DNA from: Planctomycetota bacterium | Lineage (GTDB): Bacteria > Planctomycetota > UBA1135 > UBA2386 | Direction: 5' to 3' | NCBI GenBank assembly: GCA_046290465.1 | Contig: JBKAGP010000001.1 | Location: 2,816,001-2,880,000 of the forward strand | DNA length: 64,000 nt | Shown: positions 39,023 through 48,568 of the stretch, piece after piece | Numbering within the stretch: the stretch's first letter is position 1 | Layout: each line of letters opens with the position of its first letter | Translations under genes and position numbers: made by a program | The notes under the pieces: generated by a model | The model's input: only the letters and a program-made list of their open reading frames with translations | What the model was told of the DNA's origin: nothing | The model's database searches: none

Positions 39023-41665
39023 TTACGGCACCATCGCCCCGCGGAACACCACGCCCGCGCGTCTCCCGCCGAACACCGTGACCAGGCGCCCGACGGTCGA
39101 GCCGCCAACCGACGAACCGCGCGCGATCCGGAACGTGTCGTAGCCGGTCGCCTCGACGGTCACCGTGACGTCCCCCACGTCCGCCTGCAGCGGCGTCTCT
39201 TCGTCGATCTCGAGCACGACGCCCCCCATGCCCCGCACGGGGATCGCGCGGTCTCCGTCGCCCTCACCGTCGATCGCAATGCTGTCCTCGAGCGCGAACC
39301 CGATGAACGGGTGCTCGCCGGTCGCGAGCACCCCGTAGCCGCCGTTCGATTCGAGTGCGGCGCCGAACGGGATCGACTGCCCCGCCTTGACCAGAACCTG
39401 GTGGAAGTCGACCTCGGGCACGTTCGCGATGAACTGGCGCAGCGCGTCCGGGAGCAGCTCCTGTGCGGCCGCCGGCTCGCCAGCTTCCGGGGCCTGGTAG
39501 TCCTCCGCGACGTCGAGCCACACGCCCATCGTCGACTCGCCGCCGGCGTCCGGGAACACGTACTCCGTCGGGAACGGGATCGGCGACGACGGGAGGTTGC
39601 CCTGGTTGGCGGCCGCCGGCGTGAGGTGGAACGGCGCCGCCGACGGGTCACCCTCGAACCACGGCGCCACGGTCGACGAGTTGGTGCCCTCGACGTCGCC
39701 GGCGTCGCCCCACCGGTTGCGATCGAACGTGATGCCCGAGCCCGAGTAGTTGAACTCCTCGAACACGCACCCGCGCACCTCGGTCCGGCCGGTCGCCGCG
39801 ATGCTGCCGAAGTCGACGTTGTGGAACGTGCAGTGGAAGAACAGGCAGTCGACCAGGCCACCGCCCGGGTTCATGTCCGACTTGTCGGGCCCGGCGTCGC
39901 CGCAGTCAACGAACGCCACGCGCTCCATGATCGGCGTCGAGCTCGCGAAGAAGCGCGTGCCCGTGCAGTCCTCGGACCGGATGCCCTGGATCACCGAGTT
40001 GGTGCAGGCCCCGTTGAACTGAATCACGTCGGGGTGCACCTGGTCGACGTAGGCGGACTGGTTCATCCCCTCAAGCGTCGCGGTGCCGACGTAGGTCGCG
40101 CAGTAGAGCCGGTGGCCGGCCAGGTCAGCGATCGGCGTCAGACCATGCGACGGCGCGTTGATCGTGATCGTGTATTCCGACCCATCGACACCGGCGGCCG
40201 TCACCTGGCGGCCTTCGAAGATCACCGGCCCCGAGCCCTTGGCGCCGTCGACCAGCGCGATGCCCCACCGCTCCGAAAGAACCAGCTCGGGGGCGTGGTC
40301 GGCAAAGTCGAGCTGCACCGACTCGTCCGGGTTGCCGAAGTTCGCCAGCGGGTTCACGTCGTAGCTCGCGGCGCGGCGAATCACGATCGTGTTGGCGTCC
40401 GGCGTCTCGAGGGAAACGCCGCTGTCGATCTCGCAGTCGATGTAGCCGCGAACCTCGGGGCCGTATCGCTGCCCCTTCGGCTTGCAGTTGGCCAGCATGA
40501 GCGAGGGGGCGTCGCTATTCGATTGCCAGCAGGTGGCCGTCCAGTCCTCGATCACGCAGTCGAGGCCGTAGCTGAAACTGACGAACGCGTTGTCGACACC
40601 GAGCGCACGAACGCACGTCGCGCCGAGGACTGCGCCCCCGCTGCCGCCGTTGTCGAGCACGTGGTCGAACAACCGGACCGTGTTCTCGGTGTAGCGCACG
40701 GACCAGCGGGTGGTGACCGCGTTGTGCGCCGGGTGCCCGAACACGCCGCCCTCGACGTGCAGCCACGTCGCGTTGGCCATGGCGGCGAGCGTGCCGACCT
40801 TGAGGTCGCCCTTGGTCACCTGCGGCGTCGACCCCTCGAGGATCATCAGGAGGCGCAGCTGCGCCGGGTGGCCGCTGCCGGTGTTCGGGAGCAGCCAGAG
40901 CGTGTCAGAGGAGTTGAAGCGGCCGTGCAGCCCCGCCTCCCAGATGACGGATCCGTTCGGATCCATGCCATCCCCGTTGCGCACGATCGTGGCGCCGTCC
41001 TCGACGCGCATCGTGACCCACCAGTGGTCCGACGTGCCGCCCTCGCAAGCCGGGTTACCTGGGCCGGCCCAGACGTGTTCGCCGGCCATCAGCACCACCT
41101 CGGCGCCGCCGAGCTCGCCCGTGCCGTTGGCGGCCTTGATGAACCCCTCCATCACCTGCAGCACGGCCGTGCCGCGGGTGAGCCCGTCGTTGGCGTTGTC
41201 GCCGCTGACGGGGTCGACGTAGATGACGCGCGTGTTCGGCCGCGTGTCGCTGTCCTTGTTGTTGTAGACCTTGAGCGTCGGCAGGTTCTCGGTGCTGCCG
41301 GCCGTCGTGGTCACGACCACTTCGATCGTGATGGTGCCGTTCGGCCAGTCGGCGGCGCGCAGGTCCATGCCGAACGCGAACAGGTCCGACATGGTCGTCG
41401 TGCCGGTCCTCGGGCTGACCTGAGTATTGTAGTTCGGCGCTCGCCTCGAACGCGCCGTGATCGGCGCCTGCGCCACCCCGTTGATCGTGAACACAACGGA
41501 GGCGATGTCGCCCTCTCCGCCCGTGCCGGTGCCCTCCAGGTTCGTCCACGAGACGACGTCGAGCGACACATATTCGCCGGCATCGTTGAGTTGTCGGCCA
41601 GTGAGCGTGGCCCATTGCGCGATCGGTGCAACCATACGTATTGACTCAAGCAGGTGCTGCGCCAA
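39023..41665 (-). CDS. Beta-helix/pectin-lyase-like protein fused to a C-terminal capsid cement/decoration domain
   Basis: IYVDPVSGDNANDG..T and HPDVIQF beta-helix motifs; the last 136 aa are 80/136 identical to 57097-57537. Start TTG 41665 or ATG 41635. Confidence 0.8.
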   Translation of the reverse strand: MAQHLLESIRMVAPIAQWATLTGRQLNDAGEYVSLDVVSWTNLEGTGTGGEGDIASVVFTINGVAQAPITARSRRAPNYNTQVSPRTGTTTMSDLFAFGMDLRAADWPNGTITIEVVVTTTAGSTENLPTLKVYNNKDSDTRPNTRVIYVDPVSGDNANDGLTRGTAVLQVMEGFIKAANGTGELGGAEVVLMAGEHVWAGPGNPACEGGTSDHWWVTMRVEDGATIVRNGDGMDPNGSVIWEAGLHGRFNSSDTLWLLPNTGSGHPAQLRLLMILEGSTPQVTKGDLKVGTLAAMANATWLHVEGGVFGHPAHNAVTTRWSVRYTENTVRLFDHVLDNGGSGGAVLGATCVRALGVDNAFVSFSYGLDCVIEDWTATCWQSNSDAPSLMLANCKPKGQRYGPEVRGYIDCEIDSGVSLETPDANTIVIRRAASYDVNPLANFGNPDESVQLDFADHAPELVLSERWGIALVDGAKGSGPVIFEGRQVTAAGVDGSEYTITINAPSHGLTPIADLAGHRLYCATYVGTATLEGMNQSAYVDQVHPDVIQFNGACTNSVIQGIRSEDCTGTRFFASSTPIMERVAFVDCGDAGPDKSDMNPGGGLVDCLFFHCTFHNVDFGSIAATGRTEVRGCVFEEFNYSGSGITFDRNRWGDAGDVEGTNSSTVAPWFEGDPSAAPFHLTPAAANQGNLPSSPIPFPTEYVFPDAGGESTMGVWLDVAEDYQAPEAGEPAAAQELLPDALRQFIANVPEVDFHQVLVKAGQSIPFGAALESNGGYGVLATGEHPFIGFALEDSIAIDGEGDGDRAIPVRGMGGVVLEIDEETPLQADVGDVTVTVEATGYDTFRIARGSSVGGSTVGRLVTVFGGRRAGVVFRGAMVP

Positions 41666-41719
41666 GGCCGATAGCCAAGGCCACTTCTCATCACGCGCTG
41701 GGTTTCCTGACCAGCGCGA

Positions 41720-41748
41720 AGGCGGCGGCGCGCTGGGCGCCGCCGCCT
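41720..41748. terminator. GC-rich stem-loop between the lysis genes and the cement-fusion gene
   Basis: AGGCGGCGGCGC-GCTGG-GCGCCGCCGCCT; no long U-tract. Confidence 0.45.
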
Positions 41749-41758
41749 ACTTCACGCG

Positions 41759-42034
41759 CTACTCGCGCGACAACGCCGCCTGCACGCCGGCGAGCGCCAC
41801 CTTGCCGATCCAGTCGGCGATGATGGTCTGCGCCGCGGCGGCCTCGGCGGCCGACAGGTTCGCGGCCTGCGCCGCGATGTGCTTCGCCTCGCGCTCGGCG
41901 CGCTGCGGGTCGGTCAGCGCCAGCGCCGCGACCTGCGTCGCGTCGGCGGCGATCTGCGCCAGCAGCTGCTGCTTGGCCGGGTCGGTGACTCGCGCCTTCA
42001 GCTGCGAGACCAGGTCGTCGAGCGGCGGGATCAT
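41759..42034 (-). CDS. Small Ala-rich helical phage protein
   Basis: Coupled (ATGA) to the upstream lipoprotein. Confidence 0.65.
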   Translation of the reverse strand: MIPPLDDLVSQLKARVTDPAKQQLLAQIAADATQVAALALTDPQRAEREAKHIAAQAANLSAAEAAAAQTIIADWIGKVALAGVQAALSRE

Positions 42035-42279
42035 CGCTTCACCTCACCGGTCTCGGTGCGGATGCGCCAGGTCTCGACCGTGCGGCCACGGCGCTCCTTC
42101 TCGACCGTCGTCAGCTCCGGGTCGGCCTCGACGTACTCGAGGTACTCGGGCGCGATCGTGTCGTAGGTCACGCGGTCGGCCTTGACGTAGGCGTCGGCGA
42201 CGCCGGTGCACGACGGCAGCACGCAGCAGCCCGCAACCAGCAGGAGAAGGAGAAGGGAACGTCTGATCTTCGGTTTCAT
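42031..42279 (-). CDS. Small phage lipoprotein (possible spanin)
   Basis: MKPKIRRSLLLLLLVAGC lipobox; located in the lysis position. Confidence 0.65.
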   Translation of the reverse strand: MKPKIRRSLLLLLLVAGCCVLPSCTGVADAYVKADRVTYDTIAPEYLEYVEADPELTTVEKERRGRTVETWRIRTETGEVKR

Positions 42280-43103
42280 GGCTTCGCAGTCGGTGGCCTG
42301 ACGGTCTCGAACACTTGCTCGAGCTCGATGATGAGCCCGCGGCAGCGGGCGGGGGATTCGAAGACCTGGCGCATCGCAGCAACGAACTGCGCGCGTTCGT
42401 CCTCGGGGATTGGTTCGAACCGGCCGGTCCGCATGCCGGGTTCCTGACTTTCGGGGTCGCCGTCGACCCAGAGCCGACGGCGGCCGAAGTTGATGCTCAC
42501 GTACCAGAGCTGGGCAGACGCTCGCCACGCGAAGGGCAGCACGATCGACGCGCACGTGCCCTGCTCTACGTACTGGTGCCTCAGCGTTCCGTGAGGTTGG
42601 CCCGGGTCGTCCGGGTCCTCTTCGACTGGGCATTCGAGCGCGACGCCGGTTCGGTTGGGCAGGCTCTCGAGCAGCCGGCCCAGGAAGTCGCGGTACCAGG
42701 AGTCGGCCTCGAATCGACGCCAGAGCTCGATCGTGTTGGGCTCGCCAGGGGCGGCGCGCTGCGCCTGGCAACGAACGGTGAGCGGGCCAGCGTTCCAGGC
42801 GTCACCACCGTTGTTCGCGGTGAGCAGCAGGCAGCGCTGAAACCCGCTCTCGGTGATCCACCGATGGACGACGGCCTCGATGGTGCGCACCCGGCGCATG
42901 TGCACGATCGACTCCTCGAACTGGATCTTGGCGTCGATCTTCGCGCTCTCGCGGCGTGCCAAGGCCCGGAAGCGCGTCGACAGCTCGCCGATCTTCGGCA
43001 CGATCTTGGTCAGCGCCACAACGGCCGCCATGACGACGGCTGCGATGCCGCCGATCCAGGCCATGGTGGTGACCGCCCAGGCGGGCATCTCGCTCGCGAG
43101 CAT
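42276..43103 (-). CDS. Single-TM protein with GAF-like soluble domain (possible holin)
   Basis: N-terminal TM, LLLTANNGG, YVEQGTCASIVLPF...YVSINF; follows the tail genes. Confidence 0.45.
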   Translation of the reverse strand: MLASEMPAWAVTTMAWIGGIAAVVMAAVVALTKIVPKIGELSTRFRALARRESAKIDAKIQFEESIVHMRRVRTIEAVVHRWITESGFQRCLLLTANNGGDAWNAGPLTVRCQAQRAAPGEPNTIELWRRFEADSWYRDFLGRLLESLPNRTGVALECPVEEDPDDPGQPHGTLRHQYVEQGTCASIVLPFAWRASAQLWYVSINFGRRRLWVDGDPESQEPGMRTGRFEPIPEDERAQFVAAMRQVFESPARCRGLIIELEQVFETVRPPTAKP

Positions 43104-43576
43104 CAGCCCCCACCTCCCCCCGCCACGTTCGCGTCGATCCAGTCGGCCAGCTCCTGGACGCTCTTGATGCCGCTGCCCACCAGCGAGCCGGACCAGTCGG
43201 CGCCGCTGATACTGACGGCTGTGCCCGCGTGGGCATGCCCGACATCGGACTTGTTCGCGAGGTAGCCGAGGAACGTCGCGGTCAGCGCGTTGAACAGCGC
43301 GTTCACCTCGCCGATCCGGACCAGGTGCTGCGGCAGGGATGCGGCGACGTCGCTGCTCGGCGGCGACGTGAAGGCCTGCGAGCCGTCGAGCGGTGCGAAC
43401 GGGCCGCCGGCGGCGTGCTCGATCGGCACCAGGTCGGCCGCCTTGACGCGCATCGCCGCCTGTCCCTGGTCGCCGAACACGACGAGTACGGAGTCGCCTT
43501 CGACGGCGCGCACCGTCCCGGCCACCGAGTAGATGGCGTCCGCGACGATCGGGTTGCCGTTCCGGTCGTTCGGCAT
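43103..43576 (-). CDS. Tail-fibre-associated protein
   Basis: ATG 43576 with TGATG coupling; KSDVGHAH fibre-type motif. Confidence 0.55.
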   Translation of the reverse strand: MPNDRNGNPIVADAIYSVAGTVRAVEGDSVLVVFGDQGQAAMRVKAADLVPIEHAAGGPFAPLDGSQAFTSPPSSDVAASLPQHLVRIGEVNALFNALTATFLGYLANKSDVGHAHAGTAVSISGADWSGSLVGSGIKSVQELADWIDANVAGGGGG

Positions 43577-44205
43577 CAGACGACCTCGACGACCGCCCGG
43601 AAGTTCGTGAGGGTCGTAGCGGTGCCGACCTTCGTCATCGTGACCTTGAGGACGTCGAGATCGGCGAGGCTGAGGTTCTGGTCGGGCGTCAGCACGTAGG
43701 CCGCGTCGGCCACGAACTCGGCGCCGCCGCCGACGCCTCCGAGCGCCGTGAACGTCCCGACGGTCCCGCTGAACAGCTCGACCGGTGAGCCCGGCGAGGC
43801 CGCCGGGCACTTGCTCAGGCCGACCTGCCACTCGTTGCCCGACGAGCTCGTCGATGCCGTGTCGGACAGAAGCACCAGGCGCTTGACCGTGCCGGGACCC
43901 CGCGAGGCCCCCGCGTACGCGGTGGCCGTCGCAGACAGCGATCCGGTGAGGCCGTCGACGACGAGCTGGTGCCGCAGGTCGCTGCCCACGAAGCCGCGCT
44001 CGTACCAGACGGAGTTCGTCGCGTCGCGCTGCTTCAGCAGCGGCGGCGACGTCGACGTGTCGAGCCAGAGCTGGCCGGCGATCGGGTTGCTCGGCGCGGC
44101 GTCGCCGCTGAACTGCGTGCGCAGAGACTCCAGGGCGTTGGCGACGTTGGTCTTGATCGCGGTGTTGAGCCGCAGGCTGCCGGTCGGGAGGATGAAGTTC
44201 TGCAT
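43576..44205 (-). CDS. Short tail fibre / receptor-binding-like protein
   Basis: FSGDAAPSNPIAGQLWLDTS motif; directly after the J-like gene. Confidence 0.6.
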   Translation of the reverse strand: MQNFILPTGSLRLNTAIKTNVANALESLRTQFSGDAAPSNPIAGQLWLDTSTSPPLLKQRDATNSVWYERGFVGSDLRHQLVVDGLTGSLSATATAYAGASRGPGTVKRLVLLSDTASTSSSGNEWQVGLSKCPAASPGSPVELFSGTVGTFTALGGVGGGAEFVADAAYVLTPDQNLSLADLDVLKVTMTKVGTATTLTNFRAVVEVV

Positions 44206-47200
44206 CAGAGTCGCGCCTCTACTCGCGCCAGTCGGATCCGTGGGTTGTGGGTCGTGCTCTCGCGTTCGACGCGGATGCGGAACTGCGCGTAGCGCGAGCT
44301 GCGGACGCCGTCCTCGTGCGGCGTGTCGGCACCGAAGGAGCCCGACGACGTGCGGAAGCGCGACTCGAGCACGATGTTGGTGTGGCTGCCGGCCTGGCCG
44401 GCGCGGCCGTGCACGAACTCGGTGTCGGGCAGGTCGTCGATGATCGTCGTGACGTCGTCGACCGTTCGCGACCAGTCCACGCCCGGCCGGCCCGGCGATG
44501 CATCGCGCCCGTCCACGGTTCGCCAGTCGAGCTCAGGGCTGCCCAGCAGGTCGGTGACGTCGTCCACGAGCTCGCTGCTGTCGACGGCGCCCTCCACGGC
44601 GATGCGCCACAGGAACGGGCCATCGAACCCGGCGTCGTACTCGTCCGACTCGTAGGCTCCCTCGAGCGCATCGCCGTCCAGGGCCAGAACCCCCTCGTCG
44701 TTGACGGTGTCGGTGTGGGTGCCGTCGAAGTCGTCGTCGGTCCCGACGAAATCGACGTCGGGCCCCGCCGCGGCCGGGATGAACGGGGTCGGGTTGCTCT
44801 GCCGGCCGTCCTCGGCGACGGCCGCGATCAGGAACGAGTCCCCCGCGGGCGCCGCCGGCCAGGTCACGCGCGGGCCAGCGACCCGAGCCAGCACCGGTGC
44901 ACCGACCCAGCCGTCCCCCGCCCGGATCTCGTAGGCAATCGCGCCGGCGACGGCGCTCCACGACCAGGTCACGACGCCGTTGGCCTCGTTCTCCGTGATG
45001 CCGGTGACCGGCGGGACCGTCAGGGCCATGAACTCCGGCACGGTCACCAGGGCGCGCACGCCCGTCTCTGCGGGCTGATTCGCGTCCGAGCCCAGCTTGT
45101 CGAGCACGACCGAGATCTCCAGCTGAGCGCCAGCCTGGAGCCCCCGGACGTCCACACCGTTGCTGTCTGTCGAGCCGAGCGACGACCAGGTGTCGCCGCC
45201 GACCGGCCGCGCGAACACCCGGGCGGTCTCGGCGCGCCGCTCCGGCGGCTTGGCGAACGTGATCCGGTGACCATCCCGGATACGCACGACGCGGATCAGC
45301 GAGACCACGGGGTCGACGGCGCCGTCCTCCTGGGCCTCGACGGCCAGGAAGTCGGTCGAGAGTCCTTCGTCGTACTCCTCCGGATCGATGGCGTCGTAGA
45401 TCTCGGGCACCCACTCGAGCGCGGTGATGGCGTGGGTGAAGTCCTCGCGCGCCTCGATCGCCGTGATGCGGTAGGTCTCGACGACCTGGTCGTTCATGCC
45501 GAGCACCGCGTCGGCGCCGGCCGCGACGGTCACCGCCTCGTCCAGCGTCAGGATCGTGAACGTCCGCCCCTTGATCGTCGTGCTCGCCATGCTGTCGATG
45601 CCGACGTGCAGCGGCGCGCCCGACTCGGTCCGGAACACGACCGCATCCCATGGATCGCCGGCGGCGTCGTGGTCCACGATCACCGCTGCCGAGGCGGTGA
45701 CGTCATCGACGACGACGCAGGCCTGCGGAACGACCGCCCCGAACGGTCGGAGCACGTTGTTCTCGACGTCGATCAGGTCGCCGACCTGCGACGCCAGGGC
45801 CCATCGCCCCGTCACGAAGTCGATCTTGCGGGTGACCAGCCGGTTGACCAGGTGCCGGTAGATGCCCTCCCGCCAGACCTGCGTCGGCCGCGTGACGCTG
45901 AACAGCTGGGCTTGCTCGGGGCGGTACTTGTCGGCGACCTCGTCCGGCTGACCAGGGTCGTCCAGCGTGCTGCTCGGATCCTGGACAGGGAAGGCGTCCT
46001 GCTGCCAGAACTGCTCCTCGTTCAGGAACTGGAAGATGTAGGCCGTCGGGCGCGAGCTGCGCGGCAGCCACGTGACCGTCAGGTCCTGCACGGACGACGA
46101 AGAGAACAGCTGCGACGGCGCCTTCGCCGGGACGCTGACGCTGCCCTGTGCGTGCGCTGCCGCGAACTCGTAGACGATCGAGACCTTCCCGTTCTGGAAG
46201 ACCGGCGCTGCGCGACCGGCCTCGCAGATTGCCAGCACCCACTCCCAGGCGGGGCGCGACTCATCGAGCACCAGGTCGCACGTGAACTGCGGCTCGCCCC
46301 ACGGGTTGGCGGGGTTCGGGTCCCGGTCGCACCACACGGCCCAAGCAGCGAACGAAGGGAGGTCGAGGTCGTCCTCGCTCAGGTATTGCCCCAGGCCCCA
46401 TGGCTGGGTCAGGAAGTCGAGCAGGATCCACGCGGGGTTCCGACCAGGTGGGTAGTCGTGCCAGTCGAACGGGGCCGCCGGCACGTCCCAGCAGCGCGGC
46501 GAGAATCCCTGAACCGCGTCCCACACCCGCACCTTGACGCCATCGACCCTGACCTTGAACTGCGGCAGGCCGCCCGACCACTTGCTGGACGCCTGCAGGT
46601 TGAAGGCGGCGAGCGCGATGCGCGGATAGGCGAGCTGGTGCTCGATGGCGGTCGTCACCTCGCGCCACGTGATCGCACTGCCGCCGTTCTGCGGCGCGCC
46701 GGACTCGCGGCGCACGCGGAACTCGAGGTCCCCGCTGACCGGCGCCGCGAAGCGCCCCGTCACCGTGCGGACCTGCGGCGACGTGATGTCGGCGAAGTCC
46801 GGCGCGAACACGAACGTCTCGTTGTCGGACGTGCTCCACGGGGTGACCGGCTGCAGCTGACGCCACGCCGTCTCGCCGACGAACCGCCAGTTCAGCTTCA
46901 GGCTGCACTCGAACACCTCGTTCTCGCCGGTGGGCCCGAGCGAGTAGAGGCCCACCGGCGCCTCGAGCACGAAGCTGACCGTCGACACCTCCTCGGCGGA
47001 CGCGACGGTGAAGCTGCGCTCCTCGCCGAAGCCCTCGATCGCCTCGTTGACCCCGTAGGACGTCGAGACGTTGGAGAACGGGAACTCGAGCGGCGTCTGG
47101 CTCAGGGTCCCGGGCCGGATGCTGAGCTGCACGCCGGCACTCGGCTTCTGGAAGAACTGGAACGAACCCGCCTGGAACACGCGCGCATCGGCGGACGTGA

Positions 47201-48191
47201 AAGTCCCGCCGTTGACCTGGCCGAACGCGATCTCGAGGTTCGAGGTGTTCGGTGTCCCCAACGGAGCGACAGCCTCCCAGGCAGTCGGCCACTCCTTCAA
47301 CAGCGGTTCGAGCACCCCGCCGATCGACTGGACCGCGACTACCTCGACGCTGCCGTAGTTGGTCGAAGTGCTCGGGTTGTAGAGGAACGCTCGGTCGCCA
47401 GCGGTGAGCCCCGACGGACTGTTGATCCAACCACCTTGCCAGCTGAGCTTGATCGCTTGGTAGCCCTCGACGGTCGTCGCGAGCTCGGCATCGTTGACTC
47501 GGACGAAGTTCGGCAGAGGCGTCGGGTTCTCGGACGGGATCGGCTGCTGCGTTGCGGCGACGAGCGCGGACTGGCCGAGGCCACCGAGCCTGTCGGCCGC
47601 GGTAGCGAGGAAGTCGCCGACCCGGTGGATCGGACCTTCTGACAGAGCCAGGACCACGCGCAGCGTGTCGGTCGTGACCGCCAGCGCCGACGATCCACCC
47701 TGCGACCTCGCGAAGGCCGATGTCTCGATGGCCTGGCCGCCGGTCGCGATCCGTCCGTAGACGACCGGGACCAGAAGCCCTTGCCCGTAGTTCGTCCGGA
47801 TCCCGAGCCACGAGTAGGTGGCCGACCGCTCGTCGCCTCGATCCTGCGGCTGGTCAGGTGCCTTCCGCGTCGGGCTCAGCGCCTGGATCGCGTAGTTGAT
47901 ACCGACGCTGACGACCGCGGAGATGACCGCGTAGACGAAGTAGCCCAGCAGATCGACGCCGTACGTCGTCGGCGCAACGACGACCACAGTGTCGCCGTCG
48001 CGAAGCTCTCGGTCGTAGCCGTCCTCCCCCAGCATCGTGCCGTTCACCAAGGCCTCGACCTCGAGGCCAGGCAGGACGTCGGCAGCGGCCAGCGCGATGC
48101 AGCGAGCAGTCACACCAGACCGCCACGGCACCTCGCGGCGCACGACGTTCTCACTCCCGATGGAGCCGCGCCGAATCACCACGTTCAGCAT
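44205..48191 (-). CDS. Tail tip / host-specificity protein (lambda gpI+gpJ-like fusion) with FnIII-like C-terminal domains
   Basis: Ubiquitin-like start (LRDGDTVVVV), VPVVYG, LSEGPI, YPRIAL, NPAWILLDFLT, VGDLIDV, ITALEW. Likely ATG 48191. Confidence 0.9.
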   Translation of the reverse strand: MLNVVIRRGSIGSENVVRREVPWRSGVTARCIALAAADVLPGLEVEALVNGTMLGEDGYDRELRDGDTVVVVAPTTYGVDLLGYFVYAVISAVVSVGINYAIQALSPTRKAPDQPQDRGDERSATYSWLGIRTNYGQGLLVPVVYGRIATGGQAIETSAFARSQGGSSALAVTTDTLRVVLALSEGPIHRVGDFLATAADRLGGLGQSALVAATQQPIPSENPTPLPNFVRVNDAELATTVEGYQAIKLSWQGGWINSPSGLTAGDRAFLYNPSTSTNYGSVEVVAVQSIGGVLEPLLKEWPTAWEAVAPLGTPNTSNLEIAFGQVNGGTFTSADARVFQAGSFQFFQKPSAGVQLSIRPGTLSQTPLEFPFSNVSTSYGVNEAIEGFGEERSFTVASAEEVSTVSFVLEAPVGLYSLGPTGENEVFECSLKLNWRFVGETAWRQLQPVTPWSTSDNETFVFAPDFADITSPQVRTVTGRFAAPVSGDLEFRVRRESGAPQNGGSAITWREVTTAIEHQLAYPRIALAAFNLQASSKWSGGLPQFKVRVDGVKVRVWDAVQGFSPRCWDVPAAPFDWHDYPPGRNPAWILLDFLTQPWGLGQYLSEDDLDLPSFAAWAVWCDRDPNPANPWGEPQFTCDLVLDESRPAWEWVLAICEAGRAAPVFQNGKVSIVYEFAAAHAQGSVSVPAKAPSQLFSSSSVQDLTVTWLPRSSRPTAYIFQFLNEEQFWQQDAFPVQDPSSTLDDPGQPDEVADKYRPEQAQLFSVTRPTQVWREGIYRHLVNRLVTRKIDFVTGRWALASQVGDLIDVENNVLRPFGAVVPQACVVVDDVTASAAVIVDHDAAGDPWDAVVFRTESGAPLHVGIDSMASTTIKGRTFTILTLDEAVTVAAGADAVLGMNDQVVETYRITAIEAREDFTHAITALEWVPEIYDAIDPEEYDEGLSTDFLAVEAQEDGAVDPVVSLIRVVRIRDGHRITFAKPPERRAETARVFARPVGGDTWSSLGSTDSNGVDVRGLQAGAQLEISVVLDKLGSDANQPAETGVRALVTVPEFMALTVPPVTGITENEANGVVTWSWSAVAGAIAYEIRAGDGWVGAPVLARVAGPRVTWPAAPAGDSFLIAAVAEDGRQSNPTPFIPAAAGPDVDFVGTDDDFDGTHTDTVNDEGVLALDGDALEGAYESDEYDAGFDGPFLWRIAVEGAVDSSELVDDVTDLLGSPELDWRTVDGRDASPGRPGVDWSRTVDDVTTIIDDLPDTEFVHGRAGQAGSHTNIVLESRFRTSSGSFGADTPHEDGVRSSRYAQFRIRVERESTTHNPRIRLARVEARL

Positions 48192-48568
48192 CGGCGCCAG
48201 ACCTCCTGCGGCGTCTTCGAGAACCGGTTCAGGGGGCGCGACCAGGTGCCAGGACTCGGGTGCGACGACCACACGAAGCCGTCGTGCACGATTGCGGACC
48301 AGTGGTGCTCACCGAAGAACAGCAGCACGTCACCATCACGGAGCGGCGCGTCACCACGACGCCAGCCCTCGGGGAACCCGGCGTCTCCCGGCGATTTCCC
48401 CGGCTGGCGGTAGTGCTGCGCCAGCGTCTCCCAGGGATCCGGGATCCCCTCGCCGCGCTGCTCTAGGACGAAGAGCACGACGCCCAGGCAGTCGATGCCC
48501 GCTCCGATCTGGCGGCCACCGAGCTCGTACGGAGTGCGCAGCAGCTTCCTTCGCAAGTCGGCGTTCAT
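48185..48568 (-). CDS. NlpC/P60 tail assembly protein (gpK-like)
   Basis: TPYELGGR...GIDCLG, GDVLLF, H. Confidence 0.85.
   Translation of the reverse strand: MNADLRRKLLRTPYELGGRQIGAGIDCLGVVLFVLEQRGEGIPDPWETLAQHYRQPGKSPGDAGFPEGWRRGDAPLRDGDVLLFFGEHHWSAIVHDGFVWSSHPSPGTWSRPLNRFSKTPQEVWRRC

Noticed and set aside
44247..47642. 1131-aa plus-strand ORF (and similar long plus-strand ORFs across 39-62 kb)
   Set aside because: Antisense shadows of phage structural genes, with no motifs and an Arg-rich composition typical of GC-rich off-frames.
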